Source of the DNA: a virus
DNA: 64,000 nucleotides
IMG/VR virus record: IMGVR_UViG_3300043433_000028
Direction: 5' to 3' (one strand)
This document shows positions 56,195-64,000 of this stretch, piece by piece (the first letter of the stretch is position 1; the number at the start of each line of letters is the position of its first letter). The notes under the pieces were generated by a model, which saw only the letters and a program-made list of their open reading frames with translations, searched no databases and was not told where the DNA came from. Made by a program: the position numbers and the translations under genes.

Positions 56195-58789
56195 ATGAAA
56201 TTTAATCCAGTACAGGCAATCCAGTCATTATTCTCACCGTTAGATAAATTAAGTGCAGTTTCAGAGGCAGAATTTATCTTGACACAAGATATTCATAAAG
56301 TTTTAACAGTAGATTTAAAAGGTGCTGCTAATGATATGGCTTCTGAATTATCTACACAAACTTCTATATTAAAAGATATTAGATCCCTAATCAAAGATCA
56401 AATTAAAGAATCTAAAAGAAGTAATGATAATAATTCTGGAAGAAATCAAGGAGTTGAAAGCTCTGGTGGATTTCAACCAATGTCTATGAAAGATACTGGC
56501 TTAACTGCTGTAATGATCATAGGTGTTGCGGCTGCGTTAGTTTCTGCTGCGGCTATATTCATGTTTATGCCAGTTTTAAATCCTTTACAGTTGCTATCTG
56601 CGCTTGCAGTAGCAGCAACTATAGCTTTAGTGGCTCCGGTGTTTGTTAAAATAGCAGACGTTCTTGGAAAAAATCAAGGTCTTATAAGCGCAAGTTATGG
56701 CGGTTTCTCAGGTTCAAAACCAGATACTAGCAATATGTTCTCTATAATGGGTGCAACTTTATTGACTATGGTTGGAATTTCAGTTTCATTAGTTATATCC
56801 GGTGCTATATTATCTATGATGCCAGTTATTGGTGCTGGACAATTTTTAACAGCCTTAGCTATTGGTCTTATTATGATTCCTTCAGCTTATGCATTTGTTT
56901 TATTTGCAAAAACAATCAAAGACAACGAGTTAAAACCTAAAGATATGGGCATGGTTGTCCTTTCATTTCTTGGCGTAGCTGCAGGTATTGTTGGAACTGC
57001 ATTAATATTTCAAATGTTGCCAGATACTTATAAAGCGCCAGATTTATTATGGTCGCTTCAGGTTGGTTTTGCAGTTGCATTATTTTCAGTTTCATTCTTT
57101 TTAATTATGAAAGCTGTAAAAGGAGCTACTATAAAACAAATCGCATTTGGTTCATTGGCTATTGGAGCAATCGCATTAGGCATCGTAGGATTATCTTATG
57201 CTTTTCAATATTTACCAGATGGCAAATATAAAGCCCCAGATATGACATGGTCGTTAATCGCTGGAACTGCCGTTGCATTATTCGCAGTTTCATTCTATTT
57301 TGTAATGAAAGCGGTTAAAGGTGCTAGTCCACAAGAATTACTTTACGGTGCTATAGCCATTCCATTAATAGCAATCGCAATTGCAGGTGTTGCTTGGGTA
57401 TTTTCACAAGCTGCTAAAACTTTAGATGGATTAAAAGGCCCAGATCCAGTTGAAACCTTAAAGGCAGGTTTAGCTATTTTAGTTTTTGCAATTCCATTTG
57501 CTTTATTAGCCATTGTATTCCAAAAATTTGGAGTAGGTGCTAAAGAAGCTTTAATAGGTATTTTAGGAACTGTGGCAGTAGCTGTTGCAATTTTAGCAGT
57601 TTCTCACATATTTTCAGTTTTACCAGACACGTTTAAATCACCACCTTTAGAATGGGCTGCAAAAACAGCTGCAGCTATTGGTATATTTGCAATTCCAGTT
57701 GGAATTATAGGCGCAATCATCGCTGCTTCTGGTGGTACAGGTGCATTAGCTCTTTTAGCCGGTGTGGTCGGTGTTATATTAATTGCAGGTGGTATTTGGG
57801 CTGTATCTTGGATTTTAAGTAAAGTACCAACTGACTTTGTTGGCGGTATGGACTCATTAACACAGGGATTAATGAAGCCATTAAATGGTATGATCGACGT
57901 ATTTTCAAGATTAAAAACAGAAATAGGTATTGAAAATATGCCAGCTTTAGCAGGTGGTATTGTTTTACTTGCAGGTGCATGGTTAACATTAGTTGGAGCA
58001 TTAGCTGGTCAAGCAATTGGAGGCTTAGGCGCTTCTATTGCTAATCTAGGTAAATCTATTATAGATGGTATAAGTTCATTTTTTGGCGGTGAAAAGACAA
58101 AATCACCAATAGATTTGCTTGACATGATTTTAAATAGAGCAAACGCAATCACAACTATATCAAAACCTATGGAAACTGTAGCCAATTCATTTGGTAAAAT
58201 TGCAGGTTATACAGGAGGAGTAGTCAAAGGATTGGGTGCATGGGGTACATTCATTGAAGAAAAAAATGCTGAAAATTTAGAACGTAGTGCGGATGCTTCT
58301 AAAAAAATAGCAGATTCATATACTAAATTTGCCAAAGCTGCAAATGGTTTAAATATTAAAGCTGTTCAAGCTTCTACTGCAATGTTTACATCTATTGCTA
58401 ATTTAGCTAAGCCAGACGCGCAGAACGCAATGAAAATTTTAACACAAGATCTTTTAAAGGCAGTAACTGAATTAAGTAAAACTGTAGTTAATTTAGAAAC
58501 AGCTGTTGAAAAACAAGGTGATAATACAGCTGGAATCATGGAAGAAACTGGTAAAGCTATCGGCGGATTTGTTAAAAAGGTAACAGACGTTGTTACTAAC
58601 ACTGACACTAAAGTTGCAAAATCTATTCCAAAAACACCAGAACAAGTTAAAGCAGAACAAGCTAAAGCAGCAGATACAACAGCGTTATCTAAAGATATTG
58701 CAACATTAACTCAAGCTTTAAATATGTTGGTTCAAAAATTCAACGACAGTTCAGGACAAAATGCACCATTCGTAAGACTTGCACAGTAA
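56195..58789 (+). CDS. Tape measure protein-like, with many hydrophobic helices
   Basis: Position after the chaperone; Ala/Gly-rich helices; 65-70 aa internal repeats. Confidence 0.75.
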   Translation: MKFNPVQAIQSLFSPLDKLSAVSEAEFILTQDIHKVLTVDLKGAANDMASELSTQTSILKDIRSLIKDQIKESKRSNDNNSGRNQGVESSGGFQPMSMKDTGLTAVMIIGVAAALVSAAAIFMFMPVLNPLQLLSALAVAATIALVAPVFVKIADVLGKNQGLISASYGGFSGSKPDTSNMFSIMGATLLTMVGISVSLVISGAILSMMPVIGAGQFLTALAIGLIMIPSAYAFVLFAKTIKDNELKPKDMGMVVLSFLGVAAGIVGTALIFQMLPDTYKAPDLLWSLQVGFAVALFSVSFFLIMKAVKGATIKQIAFGSLAIGAIALGIVGLSYAFQYLPDGKYKAPDMTWSLIAGTAVALFAVSFYFVMKAVKGASPQELLYGAIAIPLIAIAIAGVAWVFSQAAKTLDGLKGPDPVETLKAGLAILVFAIPFALLAIVFQKFGVGAKEALIGILGTVAVAVAILAVSHIFSVLPDTFKSPPLEWAAKTAAAIGIFAIPVGIIGAIIAASGGTGALALLAGVVGVILIAGGIWAVSWILSKVPTDFVGGMDSLTQGLMKPLNGMIDVFSRLKTEIGIENMPALAGGIVLLAGAWLTLVGALAGQAIGGLGASIANLGKSIIDGISSFFGGEKTKSPIDLLDMILNRANAITTISKPMETVANSFGKIAGYTGGVVKGLGAWGTFIEEKNAENLERSADASKKIADSYTKFAKAANGLNIKAVQASTAMFTSIANLAKPDAQNAMKILTQDLLKAVTELSKTVVNLETAVEKQGDNTAGIMEETGKAIGGFVKKVTDVVTNTDTKVAKSIPKTPEQVKAEQAKAADTTALSKDIATLTQALNMLVQKFNDSSGQNAPFVRLAQ

Positions 58790-59712
58790 TGATTACACAT
58801 ATACATATTTGCCAACAATTAGACAAACCGTTTAAGATTTGGAAAAGCGAGCTTTATTGTACAATAGCTCAATGTTTATTGTGGAAGAAATTATATCATT
58901 GGCCTACAAAGTTATATTGCGATAATGCAACTTATGAAATATTTAAATCTTTAGATATTTTAGAAATATGGGATGAAATCGACACAGATTTATTAAATCA
59001 ACAAACTTCAATTAACAAAACAAGATTTTGGTCTTCTGGCAAACTTCTTGTTATGAATTCTCAAACTGAACCATATATGATGAGTGACTTGGATTTTGTT
59101 AACTTCACAGATATGTTCAGATTTAATTTTTTTAATGGCTATGATCTTGGCGTTTATCATAAAGAGCTTTGGTTTATGAATTCGGCCTATGCAAAACCAA
59201 AAGAAAAATTAAAAGAAGTTGATCTTAAGCCCAAACAAAAACTTAATTTTTGGGCCAATCCTTTTAACATGGGTTCTTTTTACATGGGAGACATGAATCT
59301 AAACAAAGAATACACTGAACTTTCATTAGAATATATCAATAGAGCTAGTCAATTAGAAACACCTAAATTTAGAAATAATGATTACACTGTTTTTGCAGAG
59401 CAATATCTTTTAGCTGCTCTAGTTTCTAAAAGTAATTACAAATACACGTGTATGTTAGGCGCTAATTTTAAAGATGGCGGTAAATGGCTTAAAAGTAACT
59501 CTGGCTTTTGGAGTTTAAAAGAAAGTTATGATTATGCAATACATTTATGGCTTGACAAATACAGTTTCAAACATGATCCTTCAAAACAAGAATGGTACAT
59601 TGAACTAATTTTAAATAAATTAGAAGACATCTCACCGGAAATAAAGGGCTTTATCTTAAACAAACTCACTGACCTTAATTTAGAAAATAATAAACAATTT
59701 CTCGTTTCTTAA
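58789..59712 (+). CDS. DUF6734-like putative GT-A glycosyltransferase (paralog A1)
   Basis: KLYCD, FWSSGKL...QTEPYMMSDLD. Confidence 0.6.
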   Translation: MITHIHICQQLDKPFKIWKSELYCTIAQCLLWKKLYHWPTKLYCDNATYEIFKSLDILEIWDEIDTDLLNQQTSINKTRFWSSGKLLVMNSQTEPYMMSDLDFVNFTDMFRFNFFNGYDLGVYHKELWFMNSAYAKPKEKLKEVDLKPKQKLNFWANPFNMGSFYMGDMNLNKEYTELSLEYINRASQLETPKFRNNDYTVFAEQYLLAALVSKSNYKYTCMLGANFKDGGKWLKSNSGFWSLKESYDYAIHLWLDKYSFKHDPSKQEWYIELILNKLEDISPEIKGFILNKLTDLNLENNKQFLVS

Positions 59713-59718
59713 TATAAT
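59691..59718 (+). promoter_or_regulatory. Putative middle promoter TAAAC-N17-TATAAT
   Basis: Motif and spacing match. Confidence 0.6.
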
Positions 59719-59735
59719 TCAGATAACACTGAGTA

Positions 59736-60524
59736 ATGAAGATAATTAGAGCATTTTGGGGAAATCAAGAAAGTCTATGGGACGAAGTTCCATTTAAGCC
59801 TTTGTTTGACAACGAAGTTGTTTATGTATACGGTACAGAAAATTATGATCGTTTTGTGTCTATGGGATATGAAGCTGTTTTAGTTCATTATGATTCAACT
59901 GAATTGGCGTATAGTACAGTGTATAAACACTTTGTACATAAATTAGATTGTTTAAAAAGAGCAGAACATGCTTACTTGGAATATCTTTTTTTAGACTGGG
60001 ACGTTAAAGTAGTTAAACCGCTTGATGATAACTTCTGGAATTTAATTAGAACTAGAGCAAGCTTACAATGTCCTTTATATGCGTACCCTTCTGATTATGA
60101 AAATAAAGTCTTAGCTAAAATTGAACAAAATCCAGAAGAACAATGGGTTAAAGACTTAGATCCTAATATATTTCCATGGTTAACAGTACAGAATGAAATG
60201 TTAATGGCAAATAGTTGGGAATGGGAAGATATAAGAGTCGTACCTAATTTTTGCTTTTTCTATTCTTCTTATACCAAAACAGCCTCTAGATTATTTGAAA
60301 TATATGAAACTGATGGAATTTTAACATGTATTGAAGAATTCTGCATGTATAAATATGCATCTTGTTCTATAGATGAATATTTAGAAAAATACGAGCCTTT
60401 AGTTATTAGAGGTAGAGAAGACGATTGTTTTCATTTTGACTTAACAAAAGACAATGCAATAGAAAGAATAAATAATTATATTGCTACAAAGATTAATAAG
60501 GATATTTATTTAATACACGAATAA
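59736..60524 (+). CDS. Putative GT-A-fold transferase (paralog B1)
   Basis: IIRAFWG, HKL, FLDWD (DxD), PLY, PNF, IEE. Confidence 0.5.
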   Translation: MKIIRAFWGNQESLWDEVPFKPLFDNEVVYVYGTENYDRFVSMGYEAVLVHYDSTELAYSTVYKHFVHKLDCLKRAEHAYLEYLFLDWDVKVVKPLDDNFWNLIRTRASLQCPLYAYPSDYENKVLAKIEQNPEEQWVKDLDPNIFPWLTVQNEMLMANSWEWEDIRVVPNFCFFYSSYTKTASRLFEIYETDGILTCIEEFCMYKYASCSIDEYLEKYEPLVIRGREDDCFHFDLTKDNAIERINNYIATKINKDIYLIHE

Positions 60525-61426
60525 TGAGAGATTTTATAGTTGCACGATCATGGAGAACGTTTGATAAACAACAAGTTGTTGCTTTAGCTGAAATATGTAG
60601 ATTGATTTCTTTTCACAGGAAAGAAATGAATAAGGCTGAAATTCACATCAATGTGAATAATCCTAATCCTGAAATGCAGGAATTAGCTAGAAAGATAGTA
60701 CCTGAAAACATAAAGCTTTTCTTCTATGATAATGAATTTTTAGAAGATTATGTTAGAAACTTTGGTATAGAACCAGACGTAAAAGCGTTTAAAGAATGGG
60801 AATGGATTTATCATATTCTATTATACCACTACTTATATCATGCTAAAAATGTAAATTACTTATTGACATACGACGATGATATTTTATTTAATGGCTTAGA
60901 ATTTAAAGACATTATACACTTTGTTTGTTCTAAGATTCCATTTTCAATAGCTGATCAATACCACGATGCTGATAAACCAATGATGGGTAAATTAGTAGAA
61001 CGTTTCGGTAATGAAGTATTTGAAAACTATTACAGATGCTTTGGTAATAATAAAGCTGGAAATTCTGGTTTTATGGGCTTTAATAACTCGATAATGAGCA
61101 TGTTTTTTTCAACAAGCGATATGCAATGGTTAATAGATGCTTTTATTTATAGCAGATGGGACCACAAAACAATGCAAGGTACTAGTTGGGATGAATATAA
61201 AATTTTATTGCAAGAGCAATCCTTTTTATCTATATTAAATAGAGCATATTCTCAACAAAAACATATTTTGTTAGTCGATACAGATGGTTATATTTTAAGT
61301 CAAGACTTAGAACGCATGAAACAAAGTAGAGTAATGCATTTTATTTCAACTACAAAATACGACGAATATTATTTAAATCAAATAGAAGAGCGTTACAATA
61401 AACTAAAACAATTATACGCACTTTAA
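60524..61426 (+). CDS. Putative GT-A glycosyltransferase (GT8-like layout)
   Basis: LTYDDDILF, NSGFMG, EQSFL, VMHF. Confidence 0.55.
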   Translation: MRDFIVARSWRTFDKQQVVALAEICRLISFHRKEMNKAEIHINVNNPNPEMQELARKIVPENIKLFFYDNEFLEDYVRNFGIEPDVKAFKEWEWIYHILLYHYLYHAKNVNYLLTYDDDILFNGLEFKDIIHFVCSKIPFSIADQYHDADKPMMGKLVERFGNEVFENYYRCFGNNKAGNSGFMGFNNSIMSMFFSTSDMQWLIDAFIYSRWDHKTMQGTSWDEYKILLQEQSFLSILNRAYSQQKHILLVDTDGYILSQDLERMKQSRVMHFISTTKYDEYYLNQIEERYNKLKQLYAL

Positions 61427-61436
61427 ACAGTATCAT

Positions 61437-62423
61437 ATGAAAGCAATACACGTAAATTGGACAGCTCCATTTTTTCATAAAGATCGTTTAAGAGGTCATG
61501 GTTTTTCAATTACAAAAAACATTAATTCAAAAACATATGAACTTCCAAACTATCAGATACTTTACACTATTTTATCTGCTCTTAGGTGGAAGAAACACAA
61601 TGGACCTATAAAATTATACACAGATTCAGTTGGTTTAAGTTATTACCAACAAATAGGTATAACCAAACTATATGATGAAATAGACACTGAATTTTTAGAT
61701 AATTTACAAGACGTAGATCCTGCATATTATTGGACTTCTGGTAAAATACAATCTCTTCGCAATGAACAGCAACCATTTGTATTTTTAGACCAAGATTTTA
61801 TAGTTAGAGGCACTATCCCAGAATCATTTTATAATGCTGATATTGGCATTGGTCACTGGGAAATACCAAGAGGTAGTTATTATTTTACAAGAAAACAGTG
61901 GGAATCTGAGATTAAACACGTAGAAATACCTGAAAATTATAACTGCAATGCATATTCGCCAAATACATCATTTGTTTATTTTGGATCTAATTCTGCAGTA
62001 GATGAATATGTCAATGCACATAAGAAGTTGATAAATTCAGGTGATAATGAAGTACCTGAGTGGTTTTGGTTAGCAACTGATCAAGGTATTTTAGGACACG
62101 TTATCAGAGAACATGAATATTACACAGATACTTTAACTGATAGAATATTTTTAGCTGATAGTGATTATGCTAAAGCAGAAGATAGAAAGTTTGGATATTC
62201 TGAGCAATGGTATTATCCAATGTCATTTGATCCTAGTAAAAATCAATTAGAATGGGAACATGTTTGGTTAGCTAAAGTTGTTTTTGCAAATGATCCAGAA
62301 TTTATGGAAAGAGAATGTCAAAGATATTATGATGAAATTTGGGATTTAGGTGGACAAGATTATCTGTATTATTTTAATTTAAACAAATATTGGAATAAAG
62401 AAAAGCATGGCCATCAACAATAA
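61437..62423 (+). CDS. DUF6734-like putative GT-A glycosyltransferase (paralog A2)
   Basis: KLYTD, YWTSGKI...QQPFVFLDQD. Confidence 0.65.
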   Translation: MKAIHVNWTAPFFHKDRLRGHGFSITKNINSKTYELPNYQILYTILSALRWKKHNGPIKLYTDSVGLSYYQQIGITKLYDEIDTEFLDNLQDVDPAYYWTSGKIQSLRNEQQPFVFLDQDFIVRGTIPESFYNADIGIGHWEIPRGSYYFTRKQWESEIKHVEIPENYNCNAYSPNTSFVYFGSNSAVDEYVNAHKKLINSGDNEVPEWFWLATDQGILGHVIREHEYYTDTLTDRIFLADSDYAKAEDRKFGYSEQWYYPMSFDPSKNQLEWEHVWLAKVVFANDPEFMERECQRYYDEIWDLGGQDYLYYFNLNKYWNKEKHGHQQ

Positions 62424-63228
62424 AATACCAGTTATTAGAGCTTTATGGGGAGAAACTGATCGCACTAAAAACGAAGTGTTTCAAAATCCTATTTTTGCTG
62501 ATGAGATTGTAATTACTTGGGGTGTTGAGAATGAATCCTTTCTAAAATCATTGGGTTATAAAGTTGTTTGTTTATCAGAATTTTCTTCTGATGCAAATTA
62601 TTCTACCATACATTCTCATTTCATGCATAAATTATTGGCTGTTCAACACGCTGGTAAAATCTTCGATGAATTTATATTTTTAGATTGGGATTGTTATTTA
62701 GCAAAACCAATGGATGATAATTTTTATGAAGAGCTAAGAAATGGTAATGAAATTCAAATACCATTATATGCGTATCATGATTCTGAAGGAATTGGTATTG
62801 TCGACATCATGACGCATTCAGCTCAAGAAAGATATAATAACGAAGTATCGCCTGTGCTAATATCATATATTGAATCTAACGAAGCTCAATTAAGAAAATA
62901 CTGTTGGACTTTTGAAAATACGCTAGTAACACCAAACTTTAGTTTTGTTTACACTAGAAATCCTAATTTAGGCACTGAATTAATCAAAATCGCAACAGAT
63001 AATGATATTTTAAATTGTATTGAAGAACACGCATTTTATTTGTTCGCTGACTGTAGTTTAGATGAATATATTTTAAGATTTGAACCAACTGTAACATACG
63101 GAACTCACAACGATACTAGAATGCACATGGAAAGAAAAGGCTATGACTTGTCAAGTGATCCTGTAATTAAAATTAATAAATATATTGATACTAAAGTTAA
63201 TAAAAATATCTACTTTAAACACATTTAA
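62407..63228 (+). CDS. Putative GT-A-fold transferase (paralog B2)
   Basis: VIRALWG, HKL, FLDWD, PLY, PNF, IEE; clearly paralogous to 59736. Confidence 0.5.
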   Translation: MAINNKIPVIRALWGETDRTKNEVFQNPIFADEIVITWGVENESFLKSLGYKVVCLSEFSSDANYSTIHSHFMHKLLAVQHAGKIFDEFIFLDWDCYLAKPMDDNFYEELRNGNEIQIPLYAYHDSEGIGIVDIMTHSAQERYNNEVSPVLISYIESNEAQLRKYCWTFENTLVTPNFSFVYTRNPNLGTELIKIATDNDILNCIEEHAFYLFADCSLDEYILRFEPTVTYGTHNDTRMHMERKGYDLSSDPVIKINKYIDTKVNKNIYFKHI

Positions 63229-63233
63229 CAATT

Positions 63234-63959
63234 ATGTACTTTAATAAACCCTTAATAGATACGAATATTCCAGATATTAAATATTTGGCGCCAATTCCAG
63301 TTTACCAACATCAGTTCGAAGATCATGAATTTCATGATAGACTTTTTCAAATGGGATTCACACACTTAGATGAGTTACAAAGAAGAATGGGCCAAGAGTT
63401 ACCTGGTCAATTTGACAAAGACAGATATGACGGTTATTCAGATTGGTATGGAAATCAAGATGCTTGGGTTGAAGATGGTTTTCCACCGATTGGCTCAAGA
63501 TTTTCAGTTCCACCGAATGACTTTTTAGAAATAGACAATGTTGATGTTAAAGAAATGCGTCAGCGTATTATCGAAGCTTTCACACATACTATTAAAGCAA
63601 TTGGAGCGGTACCTTCAGATGCTGAATTAGATCCTAAGATTACTGAAAGCTGGGCACAGTGGTATGAACCACATGATGGTCGAGGACACAATAAACACAA
63701 TCACTGCAGATGGGATCCAAACGAAGCCCCATTCATAGGCTTTTCTGGAGGTTATTACTTATCAGACGGAGAACCTTTCGCTGACCACACATACTCGGGT
63801 GCGTTCTGTTTTCATGTTAGGGACTACGACTACTACATAAGACCCAAAAAAGGCATGTTAGTTTTATGGCCTTATGATATTGTACACTCAGTTACACCAT
63901 TTTATGGCAAATCTCACAGATGTGTTGTTAATTTTAACATTCAAGTTGATAAGCCATGA
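63234..63959 (+). CDS. 2OG-Fe(II) oxygenase (TIGR02466-like)
   Basis: HNKHNH, SGGYYL, GMLVLWP...HSV.P, RCVVNFN. Confidence 0.8.
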   Translation: MYFNKPLIDTNIPDIKYLAPIPVYQHQFEDHEFHDRLFQMGFTHLDELQRRMGQELPGQFDKDRYDGYSDWYGNQDAWVEDGFPPIGSRFSVPPNDFLEIDNVDVKEMRQRIIEAFTHTIKAIGAVPSDAELDPKITESWAQWYEPHDGRGHNKHNHCRWDPNEAPFIGFSGGYYLSDGEPFADHTYSGAFCFHVRDYDYYIRPKKGMLVLWPYDIVHSVTPFYGKSHRCVVNFNIQVDKP

Positions 63960-64000
63960 TGATAATAGCAGTTATACAATCTGTTTTAATGTACATTATT
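63956..64000 (+). CDS. 5' end of a hydrophobic ORF (partial)
   Basis: ATGA overlap with the upstream stop; MMIIAVIQSVLMYII. Confidence 0.4.
   Translation, partial: MMIIAVIQSVLMYII

Noticed and set aside
998-58608. Many 60-190 aa minus-strand or off-frame ORFs in the track (e.g. 998, 2326, 5070, 25667, 36394, 41764, 54729, 57774)
   Set aside because: They lie inside well-supported plus-strand genes and have the Ser/Phe/Leu-rich composition of antisense shadows.
63234-63959. TET/JBP 5mC dioxygenase
   Set aside because: It lacks the HxD signature and shows HxH of the TIGR02466-like type; no cytosine methyltransferase is adjacent.
1-64000. CRISPR array
   Set aside because: No regularly spaced direct repeats; TACAGCAAA occurs only twice.
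1-64000. Stop-codon reassignment as in some large phages
   Set aside because: Core genes are intact in the standard code, and TAA, TAG (e.g. nrdA) and TGA (e.g. gp47) all end genes at expected positions.
1-64000. Bacterial chromosome or prophage
   Set aside because: No integrase, rRNA or host housekeeping context; dense T4-like lytic core throughout.

Overview
A 64 kb, very AT-rich, almost entirely plus-strand segment of a large T4-like myovirus genome in the standard genetic code. The host is probably Bacteroidota/Flavobacteriia, inferred from the AT-rich translation starts, TTTA-N19-TATATTTA promoters and a Flavobacterium-type RNR. The T4-like core is recognisable by motif: split gp43 polymerase, gp45/44/62, UvsX, gp41, gp46/47, RNase H, gp55, gp2/4/14/15/16/17/18/19/20/21-22/23, hub and tape measure genes, nrdA/nrdB and three free-standing homing endonucleases. 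The accessory regions are the most interesting. (1) A replication-timed cluster at 9.4-16.1 kb combines myo-inositol-1-phosphate synthase, a HAD phosphatase, an FkbM methyltransferase, a T4 beta-glucosyltransferase-like N-domain fused to an SGNH domain, an aGPT-Pplase1/HMUDK-like enzyme and a gp56-like dCTPase/dUTPase. I read it as a candidate inositol-based DNA hypermodification pathway. (2) A Ro60/TROVE-like vWA gene is followed by a promoter- and terminator-bounded structured ncRNA of about 375 nt. (3) Many proteins, including enzymes, carry T4-type capsid-targeting motifs: an RNA-ligase-like/nucleotidyltransferase pair and an ATP-grasp ligase beside an opine-synthase-like gene. (4) A five-gene glycosyltransferase-like array with a 2OG-Fe(II) oxygenase follows the tape measure gene. 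Three promoter classes, a probable prfB-like +1 frameshift and a nested scaffold gene are also visible. All family assignments come from motif recognition by eye; no database search was run.
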